Assembly: GCA_946410555.1 (NCBI GenBank)
Contig: CAMKAT010000001.1
Location: 47,108 to 111,107 of the forward strand
Length of the DNA: 64,000 nucleotides
Source: an uncultured Bacillales bacterium
GTDB lineage: Bacteria; Bacillota_I; Bacilli_A; RF39; UBA660
Direction of reading: 5' to 3'
Made by a program: the position numbers and the translations under genes. Below are positions 39,425 through 49,975 of the stretch, in pieces (position 1 is the first letter of the stretch; each line of letters begins with the position of its first letter). The notes below the pieces were generated by a model. It was given only the letters and a program-made list of their open reading frames with translations, ran no database searches and had not been told where the DNA came from.

Positions 39425-40507
39425 ATGAATAACGGATTAGAAATGAATCAAATAGCTAAAATCAAAGTCATCGGTGTAGGTGGCGGTGGTTGTAACGCTG
39501 TTAATAGAATGATTAAAGCTGGTGTTAAAGGTGTTGAGTTCATCGTAGCTAACACTGATAAACAAGTTTTAGATGCATCTCCAGCACAAACTAAGTTACA
39601 AATTGGTGAAAAATTAACTAATGGACTTGGAGCAGGAGCTAACCCAGAAATCGGAAGAGAAGCAGCTGAAGAATCTAAAGATGAAATTAGACAAGCTTTA
39701 GACGGAGCTGATATGATCTTCGTAACTTGTGGTATGGGTGGAGGAACAGGAACTGGAGCTTCTCCAATCATTGCAGAAATTGCACAAGATATTGGAGCCC
39801 TAACAGTTGGTATTGTTACTAAACCATTCAAGTTCGAAGGTAAAAGAAGAATGGAACAAGCAATTATCGGTGTTGATGAGTTAAGAAAACATGTTGATAC
39901 ATTAATTGTTATTCCAAATGATAAATTAAGAGATATTATTGATAAATCAACTTCAATGCTAGATGCATTTAGTGAAGTAGATAATGTATTACATAGAGGT
40001 GTTCAATCAATTTCAGACCTTATCGCAGTATCAGGTTTAGTAAACCTAGACTTTGCTGACGTTAGAGCAATCATGGAAAAACGTGGAAACGCTTTAATTG
40101 GTATTGGTCTTGGAACTGGTGAAGATAGAGCAGTTAAAGCAGCTCAACAAGCTGTATCAAGTCCATTACTTGAAACTTCAATCGTTGGAGCTACTGATGC
40201 AATTATCAATGTAACTGGTGGTAAATCACTTACATTATTCGAAGCAGAAGATGCAGCTGAAGTTGTTAGAGAAGCAGCTTCTACTGATATCAATATAATC
40301 TTCGGTGCTGTAATTAATGAGTCACTAAATGATGAAGTAATCGTTACAGTAATCGCTACAGGATATGAAGATAACTTAGGAGCTATGGAACCTCAAACTT
40401 CTTATACTCAAACTGAAGAAGTTATTTCTGAACCAATTAAACCTATGAGTGTAATTGATGATGAATATGATATTCCTCCATTCCTAAGAGATAGAGATAA
40501 TATTTAA
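39425..40507 (+). CDS. ftsZ: Cell division GTPase FtsZ
   Basis: [13 protein letters not shown] and GGGTGTG tubulin signature motifs. Confidence 0.97.
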   Translation: MNNGLEMNQIAKIKVIGVGGGGCNAVNRMIKAGVKGVEFIVANTDKQVLDASPAQTKLQIGEKLTNGLGAGANPEIGREAAEESKDEIRQALDGADMIFVTCGMGGGTGTGASPIIAEIAQDIGALTVGIVTKPFKFEGKRRMEQAIIGVDELRKHVDTLIVIPNDKLRDIIDKSTSMLDAFSEVDNVLHRGVQSISDLIAVSGLVNLDFADVRAIMEKRGNALIGIGLGTGEDRAVKAAQQAVSSPLLETSIVGATDAIINVTGGKSLTLFEAEDAAEVVREAASTDINIIFGAVINESLNDEVIVTVIATGYEDNLGAMEPQTSYTQTEEVISEPIKPMSVIDDEYDIPPFLRDRDNI

Positions 40508-40511
40508 TAAT

Positions 40512-40540
40512 AAATCACTTCAAAAGAAGTGATTTTTTTT
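40512..40540 (+). terminator. Rho-independent terminator of ftsZ
   Basis: AAATCACTTC-AAAA-GAAGTGATTT followed by T8. Confidence 0.75.
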
Positions 40541-40574
40541 GTTTTAAATTATATAATTTATGGTAGGTGATACT

Positions 40575-43172
40575 ATGTATAATAAGTCAATTAATGAAGT
40601 GTTTGAATTAGTAAAATCAACTAAAGATGGTTTAACAACTAATGAAGCTAACAAAAGACTTAATTCAAATGGTAAGAATGTATTAAACTTCAAAAAGAAA
40701 AAAAGTATATTTAAAATGATTATTGAAGAATTAACTGCTTCTTTAACTATAATTCTTTTATTAACAGCTGCTTTTTCACTTGTAATTGGTGAAACAGTAG
40801 ACGCTTGTGTAATCTTAGGAATAGTAATTGTAGATGTTATTATCGGAGTCGTTGAAGAGAATAAAGCTATTGATGCTGCGGATGCATTATCTAAAATGAT
40901 CATTACTAAAGCATTAGTGCTTAGAGATGGTAAAAAGATGGAAATTAATTCTGAAGACTTGGTAATCGGAGATATCATGTATCTTGAAAGTGGTATGAAG
41001 ATTACTGTTGATGGTAGAGTTATTGAATCAAGTAATTTACTTGTTAACGAATCAAGTTTAACTGGTGAATCTCTATCTGTTGAAAAGAATAGTAATACTA
41101 TCGAAGGTAAAAAAGCCTTAGCTGATAGACATAATATGGTTTATGCTGGAACTTCAGTTATGTCAGGAAGAGCAGTCGTTGTAGTTACTGCAACTTCACT
41201 TGAAACAGAGTTAGGTGCAATTGCAAAGAAAGTTGAAGAAACAAAAGAAGAAAAATCCCCATTAACAATTCGTATGGAGAAATTCTCTAAACAAATTAGT
41301 ATTATTATCTTAGTAATCGCAGTTATTACTACTGCTATATTATTCTTAAAAGGATATGAAATTAAAAATATTATTCTTTCAGTAATTGCTTTATCAGTCT
41401 CAGCACTTCCTGAAGGATTAGCACTAGCTCAAACCATGGCACTAACAGTAGCCAGTAGAAGAATGGCAAGAGAAAACGTAATTTGTAAAAAGTTAAATTC
41501 AGTTGAATCCTTAGGTAGTTGTACAGTTATAGCAAGTGATAAAACTGGTACATTAACTGTTAATGAACAAACTGCTAAAAGAATACTTTTACCTAATGGT
41601 GAAGAGTTTAATATCACAGGAACTGGATATGATGTTGAAGGTACAATAGAAAATCAATTTTCTAAGAATTATAAAAATGCTGAAAGAATCGTAAGTCTAT
41701 GTGCTTATAATAATGAAGCTACATTTAAGAAAAATGTTTCATTTTCTGGAGACTCAATTGATATAGCATTCTTAGTATTAAAGGAAAAGATAGATGCTAA
41801 GTTAGATATTAAAATAGAAAAAGTAATTCCTTATGAATCTGAAAATCAATATTCTGCGATCTTTTATAGAGAGAATGGAGAATTAAGATGTACTTCTAAA
41901 GGATCTTTAGAAAAGATTATGGAATTTTCTAAAAAAAGTAAGAAGTATGAAGAACAAAATGAATACTTAACTAGTGATGGATTTAGAGTAATCGCAGTAT
42001 GTGATGGAAAAGTAGATAAAATTGGAAAAATAAAGAATCTTGAATTTTTAGGAATGGTTGGATTTATTGATCCAGTAAGAGAAGAAGCAAAATACTCAAT
42101 TAAAGAATGTATTAATGCAGGTATTAAAGTTTTAATGGTTACTGGAGATCATCCAAATACAGCATTCTCAATTGCACAAACTTTAAATATTTGTAAATCA
42201 AGAGATGAAGTTATCACAGGACTTGAACTTGAAGAAGCAGAAAAACTTGGTGAAAAATATTTTGATGATTTAGTTTCTAAAAAGAGAGTATTCTCAAGAG
42301 TAACACCAACAGATAAATTATCAATTGTAGAATCACTTAAGAGACAAGGTGAGTTCGTAGCAGTTACAGGTGATGGCGTCAATGACGCTCCAGCTATTAA
42401 AGCAGCTAACATTGGTATTTCTATGGGAAGTGGAACAGATGTTGCAAAAGAAACTGCAAGTATGATTATCGCAGACGATGATTTTACATCTATAGTAAAT
42501 GGTATTAAAGAAGGAAGAATAGCTTATTCTAATATTAGAAAAATAACTCTATTCTTAATATCTTGTGGAATATCTGAGATATTATTTTTCTTAACTTCGA
42601 TAATTATGAATCTACCAATTCCACTTGTAGCTATTCAACTTTTATGGTTGAACTTAGTTACTGATGGTCTTCAAGATATAGCACTTTCATTTGAAAGAAA
42701 TAGTAAAGAAATAATGAATCAAAAACCAAGAAGTACTAAAGAATCTTTATTTGATGAATATATGTTACAAGAAGTAATTATATATGGTTTAGCAATTACT
42801 TTTGCTGTCATGGGATTATGGATTTATTTAAATAGAATTGGTGTTGATTTAGTATATGCAAGAAGTGCAGTAGTTATGCTTATGGTATTTATTCAAAATG
42901 TACATGTATTAAATTGTAAGTCTGAAAGAAATAGTATAATAAAGACTAAAATATTTGATAATCCATTGGTAGTATTCACAATTGTTTCATCAATTGTACT
43001 TGAAATAACTATTACTCAAGTGCCAGTACTTGCTAAGATATTAAAGGTTACTCCTTTAAAACATAGTGAAATATTTAGTCTATTTGTCTTATCTTTAGTA
43101 ATAATTTTAGTAAGCGAAATTTTTAAAGGTGTAAGAAGTAGAATAGATTATATAAAAGAAAATAATATGTAA
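40575..43172 (+). CDS. P-type cation-transporting ATPase (P2-type, Ca2+-ATPase-like)
   Basis: DKTGTLT phosphorylation motif, TGES, TGDGVNDAPAIK hinge, 10 TM helices; start at the ATG at 40575 after AGGTGA. Confidence 0.85.
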   Translation: MYNKSINEVFELVKSTKDGLTTNEANKRLNSNGKNVLNFKKKKSIFKMIIEELTASLTIILLLTAAFSLVIGETVDACVILGIVIVDVIIGVVEENKAIDAADALSKMIITKALVLRDGKKMEINSEDLVIGDIMYLESGMKITVDGRVIESSNLLVNESSLTGESLSVEKNSNTIEGKKALADRHNMVYAGTSVMSGRAVVVVTATSLETELGAIAKKVEETKEEKSPLTIRMEKFSKQISIIILVIAVITTAILFLKGYEIKNIILSVIALSVSALPEGLALAQTMALTVASRRMARENVICKKLNSVESLGSCTVIASDKTGTLTVNEQTAKRILLPNGEEFNITGTGYDVEGTIENQFSKNYKNAERIVSLCAYNNEATFKKNVSFSGDSIDIAFLVLKEKIDAKLDIKIEKVIPYESENQYSAIFYRENGELRCTSKGSLEKIMEFSKKSKKYEEQNEYLTSDGFRVIAVCDGKVDKIGKIKNLEFLGMVGFIDPVREEAKYSIKECINAGIKVLMVTGDHPNTAFSIAQTLNICKSRDEVITGLELEEAEKLGEKYFDDLVSKKRVFSRVTPTDKLSIVESLKRQGEFVAVTGDGVNDAPAIKAANIGISMGSGTDVAKETASMIIADDDFTSIVNGIKEGRIAYSNIRKITLFLISCGISEILFFLTSIIMNLPIPLVAIQLLWLNLVTDGLQDIALSFERNSKEIMNQKPRSTKESLFDEYMLQEVIIYGLAITFAVMGLWIYLNRIGVDLVYARSAVVMLMVFIQNVHVLNCKSERNSIIKTKIFDNPLVVFTIVSSIVLEITITQVPVLAKILKVTPLKHSEIFSLFVLSLVIILVSEIFKGVRSRIDYIKENNM

Positions 43173-43178
43173 AGAAGA

Positions 43179-43206
43179 GTTATGTATCTAACATAACTTT
43201 TTTTTG
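43179..43206 (+). terminator. Rho-independent terminator
   Basis: GTTATGT-ATCTA-ACATAAC followed by T8. Confidence 0.7.
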
Positions 43207-43238
43207 TGTGATAAAATAAATTGATGAGGTGTTTTTTA

Positions 43239-44771
43239 ATGGAAAAGAAACCAAAAAAGAAAAAAGTAAAAAGACATTTAAATCCTATATTTTATAAGAT
43301 ACTTACATTCTTACTTATCGTAGTAACTGTAGTAACTTTTTCATATATAACTATTAAAGAAATATTTAGTTTATATTCTTTAATACCATTTATGATCGCA
43401 GCAATAGTGTTCATAATTATTATTGCAATTGTAATGAATAGTAAACTAAGAAGATGGGTTAAGAACCTTTTCTCATTATTAGTAATTATAGTAATCGCAG
43501 TAGAATCATTATTTGCAATATATGGAACTCAAGCATTTGCTTTATTAAATAAGATTAAAGATACTGGTATAAGGGTAGAAACATATGGAGTATATGTAAA
43601 TGCAGGTTCTAGTTATTCTGATATTAAAGATTTAACTAATAAAACAATTACTTATCTACATATGGAAAATGATTCACAAATTCAAACAGCATTAGATAAG
43701 TTAGATAAAGATACAAATTTAGAATACACACTAGACTCTAAAGATAATTTAGAAGACTTAATTAAATACTTTAGTGATGGTAAAACTGATGCTATCTTCA
43801 TGAGTAGAAGCTATGAAGATATTGTTAAAGAAGAATATCCTGAAGAACATTCTAAATTAAAACTAATTTATTCATTTGATATTATTAATTATGTTAAAAC
43901 TGAAACAAGTGGAAAAGATGTAACTAAAGATACATTCACTGTTTATATAAGTGGTATTGATACTTCTGGTAAAGTTGGATCAAAAGCAAGAACAGATGTT
44001 AATATTCTATTAACTATTAATCCTAAGACACATCAAATACTTATGATTAATACACCAAGAGATTATTATGTTCCACTTAAAACAAGTGGGAAGAATGATA
44101 AACTTACTCACTCAGGTATTTATGGTATCGAAGAAAGTATAGGTACATTAGAAAATTACTATGAAACTAATATTGATTACTATGTAAGAATTAACTTTAC
44201 TTCATTTATTAAGATAGTTAATTCACTTGGTGGAATTGATGTAGAAGTATCTAAATCATTCTGTGAACAAGACAGTAAGAGAGACTTTGATAATCAAATC
44301 TGCTTAAAGAAGGGTAAACAAAAACTTAATGGTGAACAAGCCCTAGCTTATGCAAGACATAGAAAGACACTATCTAATGGTGATATGACTCGTGGTGAAA
44401 ACCAAATGGAAATCTTAAAAGCGATTATGAATAAAGCAATGAGTCCAGCAATAATCAAAGGCTATAGTGGTCTTATTAATGCACTTTCTGGAAATATTAT
44501 TACTAATATGTCTAGTGAAACAATGACTGCTTTTGCTAAGAAACAATTATCTAAGAATACTGAATGGACATTCACAAGCCTATCAGCTGAAGGTGAATCA
44601 CAAACAAAACCATGTTATTCATTAGGTAATGCGAGAGCATCTGTAGTTGTTCCAGATGAAGCAAGTATAGAAAGAATAAAGAATGCTTTAAAGAACATTT
44701 ATAATGATAAATCTGATTTACTTTATACTGAAGAAACTACTACAACAAGTAGTACAACTACTAAAAGGTAA
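43239..44771 (+). CDS. LytR-CpsA-Psr (LCP) family cell-wall polymer transferase with a multi-TM N-terminal domain
   Basis: LCP core (DVNILLTINPKTHQILMINTPRDYY, LNGEQALAYARHR); start at the ATG at 43239 after GAGGTG, because the track TTG at 43221 is upstream of that RBS. Confidence 0.8.
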   Translation: MEKKPKKKKVKRHLNPIFYKILTFLLIVVTVVTFSYITIKEIFSLYSLIPFMIAAIVFIIIIAIVMNSKLRRWVKNLFSLLVIIVIAVESLFAIYGTQAFALLNKIKDTGIRVETYGVYVNAGSSYSDIKDLTNKTITYLHMENDSQIQTALDKLDKDTNLEYTLDSKDNLEDLIKYFSDGKTDAIFMSRSYEDIVKEEYPEEHSKLKLIYSFDIINYVKTETSGKDVTKDTFTVYISGIDTSGKVGSKARTDVNILLTINPKTHQILMINTPRDYYVPLKTSGKNDKLTHSGIYGIEESIGTLENYYETNIDYYVRINFTSFIKIVNSLGGIDVEVSKSFCEQDSKRDFDNQICLKKGKQKLNGEQALAYARHRKTLSNGDMTRGENQMEILKAIMNKAMSPAIIKGYSGLINALSGNIITNMSSETMTAFAKKQLSKNTEWTFTSLSAEGESQTKPCYSLGNARASVVVPDEASIERIKNALKNIYNDKSDLLYTEETTTTSSTTTKR

Positions 44772-44803
44772 GTTAACCAAAAAAGGTTGACTTACTTTTT
44801 TTA
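44768..44803 (+). terminator. Rho-independent terminator
   Basis: GTAAGTTAACC-AAAAAA-GGTTGACTTAC followed by T7. Confidence 0.7.
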
Positions 44804-44846
44804 TTATGTTATTATTAGTACATAAAGAAAAAGGAGGCACTTTAGA

Positions 44847-45188
44847 ATGGCTGTAAAATTAAGATTAAAAAGAATGGGTTCTAAACAAAAACCATTTTAT
44901 AGAATTATAGTTGCTGATTCAAGAAGTCCAAGAGACGGAAGATTCATCGCTACAGTTGGTACTTACAATCCATTACTTGCTGATAACAAATATTCTGTTA
45001 AAGAAGAAGAAATTATCACTTGGTTAAACAATGGAGCTCAACCTACTGATACAGTAAAAAGCATTTTAACTCAAACTGGTGTTTGGGCTAAGTACAAATC
45101 AACTAAAACTGTAAAAGCTGAAAAAACAACTAAGAAAGCTGCAACTAAGAAAACTACTGCTAAAAAAACTACTAAGAAAGAGGCTTAG
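44847..45188 (+). CDS. rpsP: 30S ribosomal protein S16 with a K/T/A-rich C-terminal extension
   Basis: [33 protein letters not shown] start; 113 aa, of which about 30 aa form the basic tail. Confidence 0.9.
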   Translation: MAVKLRLKRMGSKQKPFYRIIVADSRSPRDGRFIATVGTYNPLLADNKYSVKEEEIITWLNNGAQPTDTVKSILTQTGVWAKYKSTKTVKAEKTTKKAATKKTTAKKTTKKEA

Positions 45189-45191
45189 TTT

Positions 45192-45443
45192 ATGCATGAA
45201 CAATTAGTAACTTTTACTGAAAACTTAGTTAAATCTTTAGTTAGTGATCCAGAACTTGTAAAAGTTCAAGAATTCCTAGGAGATGAAGGAGTAATCCAAC
45301 TAGAAATTATGGTTCCTGAAGATGAAATGGGTTCAGTAATTGGTAAGGGTGGAAAAATGGCTAAAGCAATTCGTGTTTTAGTACAAGCTGCTGCTTACAA
45401 CATGAATATTAAGAGAGTATCTGTTAATATTGATTCATTCTAA
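45192..45443 (+). CDS. KH-domain RNA-binding protein (YlqC-like)
   Basis: GxxG KH loop (VIGKGGKMAKAIR); conserved position after rpsP. Confidence 0.8.
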   Translation: MHEQLVTFTENLVKSLVSDPELVKVQEFLGDEGVIQLEIMVPEDEMGSVIGKGGKMAKAIRVLVQAAAYNMNIKRVSVNIDSF

Positions 45444-45470
45444 GATGAGTATTTACTCATCTTTTTTTTG
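45444..45470 (+). terminator. Rho-independent terminator
   Basis: GATGAGTA-TTT-ACTCATC followed by T8. Confidence 0.7.
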
Positions 45471-45480
45471 ATACTTGTAG

Positions 45481-45522
45481 TTAGCACTTAACTATTGACA
45501 GTGCTAATTTGAGTGCTATAAT
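45481..45522 (+). promoter_or_regulatory. CIRCE-like HrcA operator overlapping a SigA promoter upstream of htpG
   Basis: TTAGCACTT-N9-CAGTGCTAA (consensus TTAGCACTC-N9-GAGTGCTAA) at 45481-45507, with a further AGTGCTA half-site at 45512-45518. -35 TTGACA (45495-45500) and -10 TATAAT (45517-45522), 16-nt spacer. Confidence 0.65.
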
Positions 45523-45551
45523 TATTTATGTAGACATAAGGAGGATACATT

Positions 45552-47429
45552 ATGAAAAAACAATTTAAGGCGGAATCCAAAAAGTTAATGGATTTAATGA
45601 TAAACTCAATTTATACAAACAAGGATATTTTCTTAAGAGAAATTATTTCTAATGCAAGTGATGCAATTGATAAACTATATTACAATTCACTTACTGATGA
45701 ATCTATTCTTTTAAAGAAAAAAGATTATGCTATTAACATTAAAACTGATGTTAATAAAAGAACTATTACTATTAGTGATAATGGTATTGGTATGACTAAA
45801 GAAGAGTTAGAAACTAACTTAGGTACAATTGCTAAGTCAGGTTCACTAGACTTTAAAGAGTCTAATGAACATAAAAAGAACATTGATATCATAGGTCAAT
45901 TTGGTGTTGGTTTCTATTCAGCATTCATGGTTGCTAAAAAAGTTGAAGTTATTTCTAAAAAATATGGAACTGAAGAAACTAATAAATGGGTTTCTGAGGG
46001 AATTGATGGGTACTCAATCGAAAGTGCTGATAAAGCTACTAATGGTACTGATATCATTATTACTCTTAAAGATAATACTGAAGATGAACATTATGATGAT
46101 TTCTTAAATCAAGATACTATTGCTAGATTAGTTAAAATGTATTCTAACTATATTACTTATCCAATTAAGATGAGTATGGTAAAAAGAGATTGGAATAAAG
46201 ACAAAAAAGAATATGATGAACATACTGAAATAGAAACATTAAATGATATGATTCCATTATGGAAAAAATCTAAATCATCTATTAAAGAAGAAGATTATAA
46301 TAACTTCTATAAAGGATTATTTAATGATTATGAAACTCCAGCAAGAGTAATTCATACTTCAGCTGAAGGTCTAGTTTCATTTAATTCACTTTTATTTATA
46401 CCTTCAAATACACCATATGATTTCTATACTAAAGATTATGAAAAAGGATTAAAACTATATTCAAATGGTGTACTTATAATGGATAAGTGCAAAGATCTTT
46501 TACCTGATTATTATTCATTTGTTAAAGGTGTTGTAGATACTCCTGATTTATCACTTAATATTTCAAGAGAAATGTTACAACAAGATAGAAGTCTAAAAGT
46601 AATAGCTAAGAATATTGAATCAAAGATTAAGAAAGAATTATTAGCACTTCAAAATGATAATAGAGATGAATATGTTAAATTCTTTAAAAACTTTGGTATG
46701 AATATTAAGTTTAATATTTATAACGAATTTGGAATGAAGAAAGATGAGTTACAAGATTTACTTATCTATGAATCAAGTAAAGATGAAAAGTTTATTACTT
46801 TAAAAGAATATGTTGAAAGAAACAAAGATAAAGAAGAGAAGAATATTTACTATGTATGTGGTGAATCTGTTGAAAAGATTTCTAAACTTCCAATCGTTGA
46901 AGAATTTAAAGATAAAGATATCGAAGTTCTTTATTGTACTAACTACATGGATGAATTCGTTATGCAAACTATTCGTGAATATGAAGGACTTAGTGTATTA
47001 AATATTACTTCTGATAAAGTAGATTTATCTACTGAAGAAGAAAAAGAAGATTTAAAGAAAAAGAATGAAGAAGCTAAAGACATGTTTAAAGTTATGGCTG
47101 ATTCATTAAGTGATGTTTCAACAGTTAAGTTTACTAATAAACTTAAGAATCATCCTGTATGTTTAACAAGCGAAGGTGAAGTATCAATTGAAATGGAAAA
47201 AGTAATTAATGCTATGCCTACAGATGAACATATTGATGCTAAAAAAGTTCTAGAAATAAATGAATCACATGAGATAGCTAAAAAGATTAAAGAGTTATAT
47301 GAAACAGATAAAGATGCTCTTAAAGATTACACTAAGATTCTTTATGCTCAAGCCCGTTTAATCGAAGGATTACCAATTGATAATCCTACTGAAATTACAA
47401 ATTTAATTTGTAATGTGTTATCTAAATAA
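45552..47429 (+). CDS. htpG: Chaperone HtpG (Hsp90)
   Basis: GHKL ATPase motifs (ISNASDA, GQFGVGFYSAF) and Hsp90 middle and C-terminal domains, 625 aa. Confidence 0.95.
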   Translation: MKKQFKAESKKLMDLMINSIYTNKDIFLREIISNASDAIDKLYYNSLTDESILLKKKDYAINIKTDVNKRTITISDNGIGMTKEELETNLGTIAKSGSLDFKESNEHKKNIDIIGQFGVGFYSAFMVAKKVEVISKKYGTEETNKWVSEGIDGYSIESADKATNGTDIIITLKDNTEDEHYDDFLNQDTIARLVKMYSNYITYPIKMSMVKRDWNKDKKEYDEHTEIETLNDMIPLWKKSKSSIKEEDYNNFYKGLFNDYETPARVIHTSAEGLVSFNSLLFIPSNTPYDFYTKDYEKGLKLYSNGVLIMDKCKDLLPDYYSFVKGVVDTPDLSLNISREMLQQDRSLKVIAKNIESKIKKELLALQNDNRDEYVKFFKNFGMNIKFNIYNEFGMKKDELQDLLIYESSKDEKFITLKEYVERNKDKEEKNIYYVCGESVEKISKLPIVEEFKDKDIEVLYCTNYMDEFVMQTIREYEGLSVLNITSDKVDLSTEEEKEDLKKKNEEAKDMFKVMADSLSDVSTVKFTNKLKNHPVCLTSEGEVSIEMEKVINAMPTDEHIDAKKVLEINESHEIAKKIKELYETDKDALKDYTKILYAQARLIEGLPIDNPTEITNLICNVLSK

Positions 47430-47437
47430 GGAGATAT

Positions 47438-47956
47438 ATGGAAGAAATAGTAAATAATATATTAGAAGAAATGAAAGGAATCTCTTATGGTTGGGTAGAA
47501 CCAAATGGAGTAAAACATTTTAAATCAAAACAAAATTACTTTAAAGAATTCTATAGAATAATGACTATAGATGAAATTAAAGAATATAAGGTAGGAACCT
47601 GTTTTGAAAGTGCAAAGTATGCTGCATACTTACTTAAAGAAAAAGGGCTTAAACCTAGATCATTTATGATTAATTATGATGATCCTAATAAGCTTGCTAA
47701 ACATACATTCACAGTAGTAAATGATGATGAATATTACTATTGGGTTGAAACTTCATGGGTTAATGACAAAATTAAATTTGATTCACTTGAAGATTTAATT
47801 GAAGCAGTTATAAAGAGATATCCAAGAATGTATTTAATTGAAAACTTAAATAGAGATTTAATTCATGTATATGAAATAGATGAATTTTATGATCACATGT
47901 CATTAAATGATTTTGTTGAAAAAATTAAAACAAATGAAAAGGTAATAGTTAAATAG
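47438..47956 (+). CDS. Hypothetical protein; possible Cys-His-Asp (transglutaminase/papain-like) fold
   Basis: Candidate catalytic Cys (GTCFESAKY) and His (AKHTFTVV); this is speculative. Confidence 0.3.
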   Translation: MEEIVNNILEEMKGISYGWVEPNGVKHFKSKQNYFKEFYRIMTIDEIKEYKVGTCFESAKYAAYLLKEKGLKPRSFMINYDDPNKLAKHTFTVVNDDEYYYWVETSWVNDKIKFDSLEDLIEAVIKRYPRMYLIENLNRDLIHVYEIDEFYDHMSLNDFVEKIKTNEKVIVK

Positions 47957-49403
47957 CTATTACCTTTTTAGTTAGTAAACATAATAATGATAAGACAATT
48001 ATTAAACAATTTAGGGACAATTCATCTCCAGTGGAGACTAAAGATTTAGAAATAGTATCTGATTCTTCATCAGTTGGGTGGTTTATTATTATGTCTACTT
48101 CAGAATCATTATTTAATATTTTCTCATCGTTTAAATGAATAAGGTTGATTGGAGATTTCTTATAGTCATGATTACTATGAATTACAGTTTCGACTAGGGT
48201 ATATCCATCTTTTCCTTTGGCTTGTACTAACAAATAATCACCAAGTTTAAGATGTAAATCAAATTTACCATCTTTATCAGTTGTATAAGTTCTAATTAAA
48301 TTTCCTTTATCATCGTTAAGTTCGAATATGGCATTTTCTTCAGGAAATTCATTATCATAAGTTTTATAAATAGTATAGTTATTATAAATAGGGTCGATAT
48401 AAAAGTTTTTAACAATCTCACTATTAATGTAATTAGAGAAAGTATATTCTTTATCATTTAACACATAATTATCAGGAACACTCTCAAGATAATATTTATG
48501 ATTAGAAGTGTCATTGAATGTATAAGTTGAATTACATGGAATAGAGTTACCATCAACATTAACTGAACACTCATTAATTATTTCTTTATTTTCAGAATCT
48601 TTAACAAATACTGTTAGTTTAACGGGTTTAATATCTAGTTCTATTGATTGATTTAACTCTGGTATATTACCAGCCATAAGTAAACTTTGATTATCACCAT
48701 CAGTGAATATCTTATAGTTTTCATTATATTCTTTTTTCTTATTAAAAAATATTGTTTTCTTTCCAACTTTATCGAAAGTAATACTAAATGTATTATTACT
48801 ATTTATAGATACATCCGTAGAAGTATAATTTATTAGTGTCTTAGATTTATCTTCAAAATTAATTATATTACCAATATGTAAATCTTGTTCAGTTACTAAA
48901 TTAAGCTTCTTAGAATGTTCATTTATTTTACTTTCGATATTCTTAATATAAAAAGTTAAATCTAATATTTCACCTTCACCAAATAGTTTAGTGGAATATA
49001 CAGGATAACTACCAGTTAATTCTTTCCATATAATACTTTGAGTAGCTAGACTATATCTATGATCTATATTATTACCATAAAGATAACCATAATGAGCAGC
49101 AAGTAGTATTCTAATCTTATTTTCACTAGTCATATTATAATTATTATCTAGACTATATGTATTTCCTAACTTCTTACCAGGTTCAATACAATAGACTGGA
49201 TTGTTATTTATATAATAGGAAACTGCTTTATCAGAAAACTGTGTACCATCACTATTGTATCTTGTGTAGTAATAATCACTATTAACTTTTACAACGTTAT
49301 ATGCATATACCTTTGTTATAGATAAAAAACATACAACAAAAGAAAATATTACAATAACAATTTTTTTCATTAATCCTCCTTTCCAGTTACTATGATTGCA
49401 CAT
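47949..49403 (-). CDS. Cell-wall-anchored surface protein with the sortase-type sorting signal LVSTGDE
   Basis: Signal peptide; C-terminal LVSTGDE, then a hydrophobic segment and KK tail; beta-rich repeats (possible Cna-B-like); RBS GGAAAGGAGGA. Confidence 0.55.
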   Translation of the reverse strand: MCNHSNWKGGLMKKIVIVIFSFVVCFLSITKVYAYNVVKVNSDYYYTRYNSDGTQFSDKAVSYYINNNPVYCIEPGKKLGNTYSLDNNYNMTSENKIRILLAAHYGYLYGNNIDHRYSLATQSIIWKELTGSYPVYSTKLFGEGEILDLTFYIKNIESKINEHSKKLNLVTEQDLHIGNIINFEDKSKTLINYTSTDVSINSNNTFSITFDKVGKKTIFFNKKKEYNENYKIFTDGDNQSLLMAGNIPELNQSIELDIKPVKLTVFVKDSENKEIINECSVNVDGNSIPCNSTYTFNDTSNHKYYLESVPDNYVLNDKEYTFSNYINSEIVKNFYIDPIYNNYTIYKTYDNEFPEENAIFELNDDKGNLIRTYTTDKDGKFDLHLKLGDYLLVQAKGKDGYTLVETVIHSNHDYKKSPINLIHLNDEKILNNDSEVDIIINHPTDEESDTISKSLVSTGDELSLNCLIIVLSLLCLLTKKVIAI

Positions 49404-49474
49404 TCCGATGTCGTTTTTTTAGACTTTGTGTCGAAAACTAAAAAAATATGTTAAAATATTTATGAGGTAATAAT

Positions 49475-49975
49475 ATGAAATACTTAGTTGTATCAGATAT
49501 TCATGGTGTAAAAGCCTATATAAGTGAGTTAGAAAGAATAATAAAAATAGAGTCTCCAGATAAAATAGTAATCCTTGGAGATATACTTAGTAATACTAGT
49601 GATGATTATTTCTTAGCAGAACTTCTTAATTTATATAAAGATAAAATAATTGGTATCAGAGGTAATAATGATACTTACTATACTGAAAAACTTTTAGACT
49701 TTGATTTAAATGATTATCATATAGAAAGAATAAACAATAAAAACTTTTTCTTTACTCATGGACATCTTTTATATTCATTTGATTTAAATAATGTAGACAT
49801 TATTATCATGGGTCATACTCATGAATCAGGTGAATATGATTTCAATGGAATTAAAATAGTTAATCCTGGTTCAATTGCACTTCCAAGAGATTTTAGACAT
49901 ACATATATGATTATTAGTGATAAAATATATATAAAGGATTTAGATCAAAACATATTAAAGGAGGTATCAATATGA
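49475..49975 (+). CDS. YfcE-like metallophosphoesterase
   Basis: MPP motifs VSDIHG, GDIL, GNND, GHTHE. Confidence 0.75.
   Translation: MKYLVVSDIHGVKAYISELERIIKIESPDKIVILGDILSNTSDDYFLAELLNLYKDKIIGIRGNNDTYYTEKLLDFDLNDYHIERINNKNFFFTHGHLLYSFDLNNVDIIIMGHTHESGEYDFNGIKIVNPGSIALPRDFRHTYMIISDKIYIKDLDQNILKEVSI

Noticed and set aside
49404-49474. Inverted repeat TTTTTAG...CTAAAAA in the divergent promoter region between the surface protein gene and the phosphoesterase gene
   Set aside because: The stem is A/T-only with a 15-nt loop, so it is more likely a low-complexity AT-rich promoter region than an operator or terminator.
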